A DNA stretch of 64,000 nucleotides from a virus (Duplodnaviria; Caudoviricetes): IMG/VR virus record IMGVR_UViG_3300005841_000939. One strand, given 5' to 3'. The position numbers and the translations under genes are program-made. Numbering within the stretch: position 1 is the stretch's first letter; each line of letters begins with the position of its first letter. Of the stretch, positions 19,095-28,581 are shown in pieces. The notes under the pieces are model-generated. The model was not told the origin of the DNA. It saw nothing but the letters and a program-made list of their open reading frames with translations, and did no database searches.

Positions 19095-19425
19095 TTTCCC
19101 AGGTATTCATCGTTGGAAAGATGCTCCCGAACAAGTGGATTTTCTACGAAGTTTCCACAGACATATTTTTAACATTTCTTTTTCTCTTGAAGTGACTCAT
19201 GCTGATAGAGAGCTTGAATTCTTTGTATTAAAATCAGCAGTAGATTCATATATTGATGCTAAGTGGTCAAATTATAAAAATAACCATAATTTGAAATTTT
19301 TTGGAGATGATTCTTGTGAATCTCTTGCGTTAGCTATAAAAACTTTTCTTGAAACTGAATACGGTTCTGGTAGAAAAGTATCTGTAAAAGTTCAAGAAGA
19401 TGATGAAAATTATGGTGAAGTATGA
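19072..19425 (+). CDS. QueD paralog of T-fold type, DpdL-like
   Basis: GIHRW..FLRSFHRHIF = LxxxHRHxF instead of the QueD CxxxHGH; RELEF, SCE, EDDEN. Confidence 0.75.
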   Translation: MKITVKTSFPGIHRWKDAPEQVDFLRSFHRHIFNISFSLEVTHADRELEFFVLKSAVDSYIDAKWSNYKNNHNLKFFGDDSCESLALAIKTFLETEYGSGRKVSVKVQEDDENYGEV

Positions 19426-19880
19426 ATGAAAGTAAATTAATTACAGCCTTTGATATGGATGGCGTTATTGTATCCGATATTAATATGGATTATAATAATC
19501 CCGAGCAACTTGAAAAAATAAAACAAATTCGTATGGTTTGTGAACCAATTTTCAGACCACATGGCACATTTGTTATCATTACCGGTCGTCCAGAAAATGA
19601 GCATGATCAGACTTGGCAATGGCTGGAAATGTATAATGTAAAACCACAAAGAGTTTTCTTTAAACCAGAGCAATACGATTTCTCAAAACAATCAATAATT
19701 GATCATAAGGCAAGAACTATTCGTGAGTTGAATAGAACATTATACTATGGGTATGTCACAAAATTTGTTGAAAGTGATAAAACTCAAGTTGAAGGTATTT
19801 CTAAGCAAGTTGATATTCCTGTAATTCATTTTCCAGTATTTTCAAGCAATGCGTTAGTACATGCAGGATGGTGGTACTAA
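19422..19880 (+). CDS. HAD-superfamily phosphatase
   Basis: FDMDGV, ITGR, K, FVESD motifs I-IV. Confidence 0.8.
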   Translation: MNESKLITAFDMDGVIVSDINMDYNNPEQLEKIKQIRMVCEPIFRPHGTFVIITGRPENEHDQTWQWLEMYNVKPQRVFFKPEQYDFSKQSIIDHKARTIRELNRTLYYGYVTKFVESDKTQVEGISKQVDIPVIHFPVFSSNALVHAGWWY

Positions 19881-20168
19881 ATGCCAAAATATACACCTGA
19901 TGAACTTAATAAATTGCTTTTTAATAAAGTAAATCAAGCTATTAGTTTACATGCAATAGGTGATAATAAAAAGTCCGCAATTACATTAGCAAGTGCTGCC
20001 AGAATTCTTGATCGTTGGGATCGTTTAGTCAAAAATCCACCAGTAAAGAAAGAAAAACATATTGAAGAAAGTGTTGTAGAAAATGATCCAGGACGACGGC
20101 AGAGAGAAGGAACTGATAAAAAAGTTCAAACTGAAACAAGCTCCGAGTCGGAAACGTCAGGATCTTGA
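19881..20168 (+). CDS. Hypothetical protein
   Basis: ORF abutting the HAD stop; 3' end overlaps the next gene. Confidence 0.55.
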   Translation: MPKYTPDELNKLLFNKVNQAISLHAIGDNKKSAITLASAARILDRWDRLVKNPPVKKEKHIEESVVENDPGRRQREGTDKKVQTETSSESETSGS

Positions 20169-20730
20169 CGCTTTTTTGCATTATAAGCGTATCAGTTATG
20201 ATTTTGAATTAAAATCAACAACAGTTGGTGATGTTTCAACTGCAAGTCCAGTGACAATTGATCACATTAAAAAATGGCGTCATATACATTGGTTAATTGG
20301 AATTTATGATGAAACCACTGTTAAATTAAAACATGTTTTATATGCTAGTCCTGATATGATGACCGATTGGTTGAATGCACAAGAAGAAGATATTCAACGC
20401 GGTCTAACAATTTCACATGCGCTAGCTGGAAAAATTGATTACGACCTACTTTTTAAAATATTTGGAGAGAAACCTTTCTATACATTTGAAGAAGCTAAAA
20501 AGGTCTACAAGAAATTGTGGACTAAAAACGAATATATGTTGATGTCAGATATTCCTGGTGGATATTCATCAGAAACTATGTTGAAAATGTTCCAGGATCA
20601 CAACTTATCTTATATGATAAGAGGTAGCTTCTTAAATAATCCCAAGATAACGAAAAAGTATACCGATAAGTTCATTAAAATAGATGGTGATTTTGCTAGA
20701 ACACTGCGTAAAATCATTAGTCCAACGTAA
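20083..20730 (+). CDS. PvuII-like type II restriction endonuclease (PD-(D/E)xK)
   Basis: QDDG, R.DLDA, FELKS, VST, KKWR.IHWLIGIY, LNNPKI..KY are colinear with PvuII QDNG, REGNDA, YELKS, FST, AKYRQVPWIFAIY, INNPKIPVKY as recalled. Confidence 0.7.
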   Translation: MIQDDGREKELIKKFKLKQAPSRKRQDLDAFLHYKRISYDFELKSTTVGDVSTASPVTIDHIKKWRHIHWLIGIYDETTVKLKHVLYASPDMMTDWLNAQEEDIQRGLTISHALAGKIDYDLLFKIFGEKPFYTFEEAKKVYKKLWTKNEYMLMSDIPGGYSSETMLKMFQDHNLSYMIRGSFLNNPKITKKYTDKFIKIDGDFARTLRKIISPT

Positions 20731-20744
20731 CAAAGGGAAAATAT

Positions 20745-21173
20745 ATGTCAGAAGAAAAAGAAGATAAACCAAAAAAGATGTTCGTTATTGAGCACATTAT
20801 TTGGGATGATGGCGAGGTTGATTCAACAATGTGTGAATTCCGTAAATCAAATTCTGGTAGAGGAGCTCCTAAAAAATGGAATCTAGGTCCAAAAGATTTT
20901 CATCGCCGCGTGGAAGAGTTATTGGGTGCATCAGATCAGATAAATGAAATCTTGTCACAAAATACAGGACTTGTGGATATTTCATCCGTTAGCGTTAAAC
21001 AAGTTCTTCTTGATGATGTTGAAGAGGAGCCATCAACACCACAACATATAGTGGATGACGAAGAAAATAAACCACAAGAAAAACCAGCCAAAAAAGATAA
21101 AAAGTCAAAAGAAGCTAAGTCAAGTTCAGACGAAGGCTTAGATGACATCAATTTTGGTGAGTTTGACAAGTAA
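20745..21173 (+). CDS. Acidic hypothetical protein
   Basis: ORF with a SD (AGGGA); charged tail. Confidence 0.7.
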   Translation: MSEEKEDKPKKMFVIEHIIWDDGEVDSTMCEFRKSNSGRGAPKKWNLGPKDFHRRVEELLGASDQINEILSQNTGLVDISSVSVKQVLLDDVEEEPSTPQHIVDDEENKPQEKPAKKDKKSKEAKSSSDEGLDDINFGEFDK

Positions 21174-21212
21174 TTTTCATATATAATAACACAACAAACA
21201 AACGAGTAGTCA

Positions 21213-23804
21213 ATGACCTTTTCTTCAGTATCCTTTTCACCATTCAGCACAAAAATCCATTGTTGGGAATATGATGCTCAAGGCAATAAAGTTCATATTG
21301 AAGAAAAGGCACCGTTTTACTTCTTCATGAAAAATGATGAAGGTTCTTTTACAAGTATCTTCGGTGATAAACTCAAGAAAATTGAGTTTGAAAATTATGG
21401 TAAAATGAAAGAGACGCGTGAAATGTTTAAAGCTGCCAACAGACAGCTTTTTGAATCAGATGTTGATATTCCAAATAGATTTGTATTGGATAGATATAGC
21501 AATCAAGAAATTAAGAATATACCAAAATATGACGTATTCTTTATTGACATTGAAGTTCACTCGGAAGAAGGTTTCCCTGATCCAGATTTAGCTGAACATC
21601 CTATTACTATTATTACGGTATATTCAACTAAAAAAGAAAAGCTGTATGTTTTCAGTGAAAAAGATTTTGATAGATCATTCTTACCAGAAAATGCTTGGGT
21701 TAAAATATTTGATACAGAAGAGGAACTATTAAAGTCCTTTGTCGCGTTCATTAGAAAACTTCATCCTGACTTTTTAAGTGGTTGGAATAGTAGTGGTTTT
21801 GATATTCCTTATATCATAAATCGTGCTTATAAGATAATTGGTGAAGAAGAGACGCGGAAAATGAGTCCTGTCAAATACATCAAAGAAGTTAAAAAGAAGA
21901 TGCGATTTGGTAAGGAAAAGACAACATACGAAATTGCAGGTATTAACTGCATTGACTATTTAGATTTGTATCGTAAGTATCATCAAGGTGAACAAGAATC
22001 ATTCAAACTTGGTTATATTGCAAAAGTTGAAATTGGTGAAACTAAGTTGGAATTTGAAGGTACTTTGCGCGATTTGTATTTGAAGAATTGGCAGCGATAT
22101 GTTGAATATAACGTACAAGACGTTATGATTTTGGTAAAAATTGACAAGCGTATTAAGTTCATGGATTTGATGATTGGTATTTGCTTGAATTGCCGTGTTC
22201 CATTTGAACAGTTTGATAAAACCACGCGCGTTTTGGATGGAGCATTCATTTCACGCCTAAGTACTGAGAATACCATTCTTCCAGATGTTCCTCCACAAGA
22301 CGGTAACGATCAATATGCAGGTGCTTTCGTTCGTGATCCTGATGTTGGTATGCATGATTGGGTTGTTTCATTTGACGCAACATCTCTCTATCCATCAATT
22401 ATGATTCAACATAACATTTCACCTGAAACAAAGGTAATGGTTGTACATGATCAATTTGTTCCAGATATTTTTGACGCATTAGAAGGTAAACCTGTTGATG
22501 AAGGTACATTGAATCTTTTCTGTTTTGAAAACATGAAGATGAAAGATGTTATTGCCAAAATTAAAGAAAATGAATGGACTATTGCGGCTAATGGCGCAAT
22601 TTATCGTCATGATAAAAAAGGTGTTGTCGCATCATTCGTTAAAGATTGGTTTGATAAGCGTAAATATCACAAAAAGCTCATGCAAGTAGCTCAAACTGAA
22701 GAAAACGAAGATGAAGAACAATTGCAAAAAGGTCTTCAACAAAACTATAAGATCCTGATTAACTCAGTTTATGGATATGTTGGTAGTAAGTACAGTCGCT
22801 TATATGATCGTGATAATGCATTAGCGGTAACAATTACTGGTCAAGAAGTATTGAAGTCTGGTATGGCTGCTATTGATTTGTATTTCAAAGAGCGTTGGCC
22901 AACTACAGAGACTGGTAAGAAATTAAATGCGCAGTCAATTCCATCAACTTTGATATATGGTGACACTGACTCATTGTATTTGAATATCGGAAAGGTATTG
23001 AAGTCAATCAACTATAATTGGGAAGATGCTGCAAAGACTAAAGAATTTGTAGAAAAGAAAATAGAACCTTTGCTATTCAAGATCATCAACAATGCGATGG
23101 AAATCTTGACCATGAAACGCATGAATACCAAAGATTGCAAGATTTCATTCAAACGTGAAATGATAGCACGTAGAGCAGTATTCTTGAGCAAAAAACACTA
23201 TGCTGCTTGGATCATGAAATTGGAAGAAGAAGAAGTTAAGCCAGGTTCAAAGCATGAAATTGAAGCTAAGGGCCTTGAAATGGTTAAGTCTTCAACTCCT
23301 GAAATTATTAGAGATTTCATGAGAAATTATATTCTCCACTTTCTAAAAACTGCTGATTTAAAAGAATCAAACAATACGATTAGCGCAATTTATGATAAAT
23401 TTAAAGCAAGTGAATTCGCCAAGATTGCAAAAATCACAAACGTCAATAACATTGATGAATATACTGGATCAGATGGTAATCCAATTAAAGGTACACCAGG
23501 ACACGTAAAAGCAACTATACATTACAATAACCTTTTAATAAGAAATGGTTGTGCAAATGACTACCAAAAGATTTTTGAAGGTGATAAAGTTAAATTGGTG
23601 TACTTAAAAAATAGTAATCCATATGGTATTGATGCTATTACATTTAAGGACGTTATTCCAACAGAGTTTGGCTTGGATGGGTACGTAGATTATGATATAA
23701 TGTGGGAGAAAGTATTCATTGAACCAATCCGTCAATTCTATGATGTAATGCGTTGGGAAATGCCAGCTTTCGATAAAGAAAACATAGACGATTTATTTTG
23801 TTAA
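21213..23804 (+). CDS. gp43: Family B DNA polymerase
   Basis: DIE, GWNSSGFDIPY, YNVQD, DATSLYPS, KILINSVYG, YGDTDS, KKHY. Confidence 0.98.
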   Translation: MTFSSVSFSPFSTKIHCWEYDAQGNKVHIEEKAPFYFFMKNDEGSFTSIFGDKLKKIEFENYGKMKETREMFKAANRQLFESDVDIPNRFVLDRYSNQEIKNIPKYDVFFIDIEVHSEEGFPDPDLAEHPITIITVYSTKKEKLYVFSEKDFDRSFLPENAWVKIFDTEEELLKSFVAFIRKLHPDFLSGWNSSGFDIPYIINRAYKIIGEEETRKMSPVKYIKEVKKKMRFGKEKTTYEIAGINCIDYLDLYRKYHQGEQESFKLGYIAKVEIGETKLEFEGTLRDLYLKNWQRYVEYNVQDVMILVKIDKRIKFMDLMIGICLNCRVPFEQFDKTTRVLDGAFISRLSTENTILPDVPPQDGNDQYAGAFVRDPDVGMHDWVVSFDATSLYPSIMIQHNISPETKVMVVHDQFVPDIFDALEGKPVDEGTLNLFCFENMKMKDVIAKIKENEWTIAANGAIYRHDKKGVVASFVKDWFDKRKYHKKLMQVAQTEENEDEEQLQKGLQQNYKILINSVYGYVGSKYSRLYDRDNALAVTITGQEVLKSGMAAIDLYFKERWPTTETGKKLNAQSIPSTLIYGDTDSLYLNIGKVLKSINYNWEDAAKTKEFVEKKIEPLLFKIINNAMEILTMKRMNTKDCKISFKREMIARRAVFLSKKHYAAWIMKLEEEEVKPGSKHEIEAKGLEMVKSSTPEIIRDFMRNYILHFLKTADLKESNNTISAIYDKFKASEFAKIAKITNVNNIDEYTGSDGNPIKGTPGHVKATIHYNNLLIRNGCANDYQKIFEGDKVKLVYLKNSNPYGIDAITFKDVIPTEFGLDGYVDYDIMWEKVFIEPIRQFYDVMRWEMPAFDKENIDDLFC

Positions 23805-23816
23805 AGGAAAAATAAC

Positions 23817-24965
23817 ATGGCTAGAACTAAAAAACAAGTAGACGAACCTCAAGAAGTTGTTGATGTCGTCAAAACAGTAAATAAAGCAAAAGACTTTCTC
23901 AAGAAATATAACAAGAGCGCATATGCCTCAGTTCTAAGTGAAAGTAGAATCAGTAATGTAACTGATTGGATTTCATCGGGATCATTTTCATTGAATCGTG
24001 TTCTCAGTGGTTCATATATTAAGGGATTTGCAAACAATCGCCTATATATCATTGCTGGACCATCAAGTACAGGTAAATCACTTCTTTGCGCAAGAGCTTG
24101 TAAAGAAGCCCAATCAAAGGGATACACCATCTTTTACTTTGACTCAGAAAATGCAATTGATAATGAATTTATGCAACGTTTCGGTGTAGATACTGATGCA
24201 TTGATCTATATTCCAGTTAAGACAATTTCAGAATTCAGAAATACCGCAGTTCAAATGATGAAGGACTGGCGTACAGATGAAGCAACAAAAGATTCTCCTG
24301 CATTATTCTTCTGTGACTCTTTGGGTGGCATGATGGGTACTAAGGAAGCAAATGACGTTGTAGAAGATAAACACGCATCTGATATGGGACAACGTGCTAA
24401 AGAATTGCGTGCATGTGCCCGCGTTCTCACAATTGAATGTGCTCACCACATGATTCCAATGATTTGTACAAATCACACATACGAACAAGCAGCAGCAAAT
24501 CCACAAGCAGCACCAACAACAGTCATGTCAGGTGGTCAAGGATTCTTCTACGCTGGTTCAGCAATCATTTACTTGAAGAAGCGTCAAGTTAAAGAAGATG
24601 GAAAAAATGCTCTCGGTGATACTGTTAAGACAAAGACAGGTAATATCATCATTGCAACTGCTGAAAAGAATCGTTTCGTTCCAGAAGGTACGAAAGGTGA
24701 AATCTATTGTGACTTTGAACGTGGCATTCAAAAATGGTATGGCCTTCTTGAAGATGCTGTAAAACATGGATTCATTGAAAAGCGTTCAACACGTCTTTAT
24801 GTCAAGCATTTAGACAAGAGTTTCTTTGAATCACAAATTTTCACCAAAGAAGTATTTGAACCAATTTTTGATGAACTCAATAAAAAGGTTGAAGAAGATT
24901 TGAGATTCAGTATCACAGTTGATGATACTGAAGAAGCACCAGAAGTTGACGAAACACCAGCTTGA
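23817..24965 (+). CDS. uvsX: UvsX/RecA-like recombinase
   Basis: GPSSTGKS, FDSE, DSLG, NHTY, SGGQG. Confidence 0.95.
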   Translation: MARTKKQVDEPQEVVDVVKTVNKAKDFLKKYNKSAYASVLSESRISNVTDWISSGSFSLNRVLSGSYIKGFANNRLYIIAGPSSTGKSLLCARACKEAQSKGYTIFYFDSENAIDNEFMQRFGVDTDALIYIPVKTISEFRNTAVQMMKDWRTDEATKDSPALFFCDSLGGMMGTKEANDVVEDKHASDMGQRAKELRACARVLTIECAHHMIPMICTNHTYEQAAANPQAAPTTVMSGGQGFFYAGSAIIYLKKRQVKEDGKNALGDTVKTKTGNIIIATAEKNRFVPEGTKGEIYCDFERGIQKWYGLLEDAVKHGFIEKRSTRLYVKHLDKSFFESQIFTKEVFEPIFDELNKKVEEDLRFSITVDDTEEAPEVDETPA

Positions 24966-24989
24966 TTGCTGGTGTTTCCAACTTAAACT
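24962..24989 (+). promoter_or_regulatory. Promoter TTGATT-N16-TAAACT overlapping the uvsX TGA
   Basis: Spacer counted by hand. Confidence 0.65.
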
Positions 24990-25031
24990 TATCTATTCAC
25001 TGACTTTAAAATAACTAGAGACAACACCTAA

Positions 25032-26498
25032 ATGACAAGCACATCAAAATTAGAAGGTTATATCATTAAGAATTTAATGGTTAACAACAGTTTTACATTG
25101 AATTATCTGCAAAAACTTCATCCAGATTTTTTTAGTGATAAGTATAAAGAAATTATTAAAGGTATTCATGCCTTTTATAAGAAAAATCAAAGATCACCAA
25201 ACAAAGAAATTCTTTGTGATATAATCCTTCCAAAAGTTATTTCTTCTGACGATAAGAAATTAGCAGCTACGATTGATCTTGTTGAAAGTATTGGTTTAGT
25301 AACTATTGAAACCACTGATCTAAAAATAATTGAAGAAGAAACCCAATTATTCATCAAGAGAAATGTTTATATTAAGGCAATTACTGACGGTGTTGACCTA
25401 ATTAAATCAAATAAATTTGATGAAATCGTTTCTTTATTTGATAGTGCTCTTGAAAAGCTTTCTTTTAATGATGATTTTGGTTTGGATTATTTCTCTGATT
25501 TAGAAGGTAGATTAGAACGTGCTGCAACATTGAACGAAGCAACATCAACAACATATCCAAGTCTAGATAGATTGATGGGTGGTGGTTATCGCAGCAAAGC
25601 GTTGTTCATTTATGCTGGCCCTGCAAATACTGGTAAAACATTGGTATTGAATGACAGTGCAGCAAACTTGGTAATGCAGGGTAAGAATGTTGTTTATTTT
25701 ACCCTAGAATTAGCACAAGATTACATTGCACAAAGAACTGACGCAAAATATTCACAAGTAAGCATGAATGAAATTAATGCTTCGCCCGAAATGGCTTTGA
25801 AGAAAGCTATTTTGAAACGTGATGAAAATAAAACAAAGAACAAGAAGGTTGGAAAGTTAATTTATAAGTATTACGGTCCAAACACTGTTAGTTCAAATGA
25901 TATGTATGCTTTGATAAAAAATATGGAAATGAAAATGGGGATAAAGTTTGACTTTGTTTTCGTTGACTATCTCAAATTATTAAAACCAAATGGAAAATTG
26001 TATTCCGATAACATGTATGGAAAGTTGGAAGCTGTATGCCAAGAATTGAGAGGTATGGCTGCTGAATTGGATGTATGCGTAGTAACAGCATCACAAACAA
26101 CTAGAGATTCTTATAATTCAAATCAAATAGGTATGGCACAAATGTCAGACTCTTTGGGTATTGCTCAAACTGCTGACGTGATCATTACTTTAATTAGAAA
26201 TGATCAAATGAATGAACAAAATTTGATGATGTTGCAATTGGCTAAGAGTCGTTTTAGTAGAAATGAAGGTAGCGTAACTATGAAGGTAGATTATGATTAC
26301 ATGAGATTAATTGATGTTGATGAAAAAGATGGTCAAACAAATCTTAGAAAGAACATAACTATTGCTGGACCAAAAAATGTTAAGCAAGAAAAGAAAGAAG
26401 TACGGGTCAGAGTTGCAGAAGGTGATGAAGATTACGAAAATTCACCAATCCCAAAGACGACTCCAAAGGCAACAACACAAGTTGAAGAAGTTTTCTAA
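25032..26498 (+). CDS. gp41: Replicative DnaB-like helicase
   Basis: GPANTGKT, TLELA, VDYLKL, ASQTTR, SDSLGIAQTAD, KSRF. Confidence 0.95.
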   Translation: MTSTSKLEGYIIKNLMVNNSFTLNYLQKLHPDFFSDKYKEIIKGIHAFYKKNQRSPNKEILCDIILPKVISSDDKKLAATIDLVESIGLVTIETTDLKIIEEETQLFIKRNVYIKAITDGVDLIKSNKFDEIVSLFDSALEKLSFNDDFGLDYFSDLEGRLERAATLNEATSTTYPSLDRLMGGGYRSKALFIYAGPANTGKTLVLNDSAANLVMQGKNVVYFTLELAQDYIAQRTDAKYSQVSMNEINASPEMALKKAILKRDENKTKNKKVGKLIYKYYGPNTVSSNDMYALIKNMEMKMGIKFDFVFVDYLKLLKPNGKLYSDNMYGKLEAVCQELRGMAAELDVCVVTASQTTRDSYNSNQIGMAQMSDSLGIAQTADVIITLIRNDQMNEQNLMMLQLAKSRFSRNEGSVTMKVDYDYMRLIDVDEKDGQTNLRKNITIAGPKNVKQEKKEVRVRVAEGDEDYENSPIPKTTPKATTQVEEVF

Positions 26499-26506
26499 AG
26501 TAGGTG

Positions 26507-26534
26507 TTGTATTGTAAATCCCTGATGCTATAAT
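26507..26534 (+). promoter_or_regulatory. Promoter TTGTAT-N16-TATAAT
   Basis: Spacer counted by hand. Confidence 0.65.
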
Positions 26535-26585
26535 TGTTGCAATCGCTCAACACTTTAGAATGTAAAATTCTAAAACAGAGAGCGG

Positions 26586-26924
26586 ATGCAAATAATGAGT
26601 AATAATCAAAAACGTATAGAAAAAGAATTAACATACGAGGAGATAGGAAAGAAAATAGGCATAAGCCCACAGCAAGTGCATAAAATTGAAAAGGACGCTT
26701 TAAACAAAATCATCAGAATGATGAGAAATTGTAGTCCTAACAATACTATTTTTGAAATATTATTTGCCGTTAGCGATCATCTTGGTATAAGCTTAGAACA
26801 GCTTTATAACAAGTTAGATAAAGAGAATTTGGATGTTCTTGGCCTTTTTGTGCAAGAGCAATATGGTAAGACGATAGAAGGTTGGTCACCTGATGAAAAT
26901 CCTTTAGAAAAGTTTTTTGCATAA
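26586..26924 (+). CDS. Sigma70 region-4-like HTH protein in the T4 gp33 position
   Basis: LTYEEIGKKIGISPQQVHKIEKDALNKI; precedes gp59-like and gp32. Confidence 0.7.
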   Translation: MQIMSNNQKRIEKELTYEEIGKKIGISPQQVHKIEKDALNKIIRMMRNCSPNNTIFEILFAVSDHLGISLEQLYNKLDKENLDVLGLFVQEQYGKTIEGWSPDENPLEKFFA

Positions 26925-27538
26925 TGAATGGATGGCAATTACAATCTTTGTGTAGATCAATGAATGGATGGGCTAAGGTTCCATTAGATAGTTATCTAGT
27001 TTCTTCTGATAAGCCATTTTTTGAAATGTTAAATGAATATTTGTTTAGAACACGTCATTTATCAGACGAAGAAATTCGTGATTTTGTAAGAGCCAACTAT
27101 AATTTTTCAATTACTTCATATGAACCTCATGATTTAATGGAAGATAATGCTTGGGAAATATATATTCAATGGAAAACGGATTATTCCTCTCTAAGTCTTT
27201 ACTATGACACGATTAAAAAAAGTTTTAATTTCATTGAAAACTTCGTTATAAATAGTAGTATAGATATTGAACAATATAAAGAGTCTTTCGCTAAGAAACA
27301 TATTAGGGATAGAACTATAGATTGGTCAGTAGCTGTTCATTTAAAACTAGTAAATATAAAGTCATTAAACAAGGCTGACAAAATCTTGTTGAAAGACTAT
27401 CTAAAAAGTAATAAAATAATAACACAACGTTTGTTAACAAGTTCCGAACTCAAAAATCTTATGGTTAATGAAGAAGAACAAATGAAAAAGACGATTGAAA
27501 CATTCAGGCAAAAGTTTCAGCAGTCTATAAACAAGTAA
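26924..27538 (+). CDS. Helicase loader gp59-like
   Basis: DKPFFE..EIRDFVRANY..DL...AWEIY.QWK..SLS.YY; directly upstream of gp32 as in T4. Confidence 0.55.
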   Translation: MNGWQLQSLCRSMNGWAKVPLDSYLVSSDKPFFEMLNEYLFRTRHLSDEEIRDFVRANYNFSITSYEPHDLMEDNAWEIYIQWKTDYSSLSLYYDTIKKSFNFIENFVINSSIDIEQYKESFAKKHIRDRTIDWSVAVHLKLVNIKSLNKADKILLKDYLKSNKIITQRLLTSSELKNLMVNEEEQMKKTIETFRQKFQQSINK

Positions 27539-27564
27539 ATTGCCGGTAAAGAAAGAAGTATGTC

Positions 27565-28581
27565 ATGGGAAAATTAGCATCAATAATGAGTCAATTCAGT
27601 AAAGTGAAGGAAACTCTACAAGAAGAAAAAGATAAGGGAAAGAACAAATCATACGATAATCCGTATTTGTTTAAGCCAACTTTTGAACCGGGTGAAGAAA
27701 GAACTAAATTTACTGTTCGTTTCCTCCCAATTCAAGAAAGTGCAACTGGCAAGCCTTGGGTTGAATTGCGTTATCATATGTTCCAACGCGAAGGTGATAA
27801 TCGTTTCGTAAAGGTTATTGATCCAAGATCATTTGATCCAAAAGCAACAAATCCAATTGCTGAACGTGCAAATCAATTGTGGAAGAGTGATAATGTAGTT
27901 GATAAGGAATTGGCAAAGAAATTCTTCGCAAAAACACGTTGGTTCACCTTGGTTTATATCAAGAAGGCTCCAGAATCACAAAAGAAGTTTGAAGGTAAAG
28001 TTTTGTTGTTTGAAATTGGTAAGCAAATCTTTGATAAGTTGGATGCAGCCATTAATGATTATGATATGGCATTTTGGGATCCAAATGAGGGTACAGATAT
28101 GTTGTTGGTATTGAAACAAAAAAATACCAAAGATAAGTGGCCAGATTATACTGATTCAGCGTTCGTTCAAAAAACATCGCCAATTAGCACAGATGAATCT
28201 GTAATTGCGTCAATTGAAAAGGCATTGGATGAAATCACAATCAAGACTCAAGTTGTTGATCGTGATGGAATCAAATCAAGTTCAGAGTTGAAGGAATTGA
28301 TGTATGGCGGATTGCAAGAAGGTTCATCAGAATCAACAGAAGCAATTGATACAACAACCGTTTCGGATGTAGTTGGTAATACAGTTGTAGAAGTTACCAA
28401 TACAGATATTGAAGTTGAAACTGTAGTTGCAAAGCCAACTGCTAAACCAGCAGCAAAGCCAAAAGTTGAAGTTAAGGCAGAAGTCAAAGCTGAAACCAAG
28501 GTCACAAAGACCGAAGTAAAAACTGAAACACCAGACGATTCAACATTTGATGTTTCATTCTCAGATGATGATTTCAAGTAA
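27565..28581 (+). CDS. gp32: Single-stranded DNA-binding protein
   Basis: VRFLP..PWV, EGKVLLFEIGKQIFDKL, FWDP.EG, PDY..S.F, acidic tail SDDDFK. Confidence 0.9.
   Translation: MGKLASIMSQFSKVKETLQEEKDKGKNKSYDNPYLFKPTFEPGEERTKFTVRFLPIQESATGKPWVELRYHMFQREGDNRFVKVIDPRSFDPKATNPIAERANQLWKSDNVVDKELAKKFFAKTRWFTLVYIKKAPESQKKFEGKVLLFEIGKQIFDKLDAAINDYDMAFWDPNEGTDMLLVLKQKNTKDKWPDYTDSAFVQKTSPISTDESVIASIEKALDEITIKTQVVDRDGIKSSSELKELMYGGLQEGSSESTEAIDTTTVSDVVGNTVVEVTNTDIEVETVVAKPTAKPAAKPKVEVKAEVKAETKVTKTEVKTETPDDSTFDVSFSDDDFK

Noticed and set aside
21163-21187. TTGACA...TATAAT promoter before the DNA polymerase
   Set aside because: Perfect hexamers but only a 13-nt spacer, so not listed as a standard promoter.
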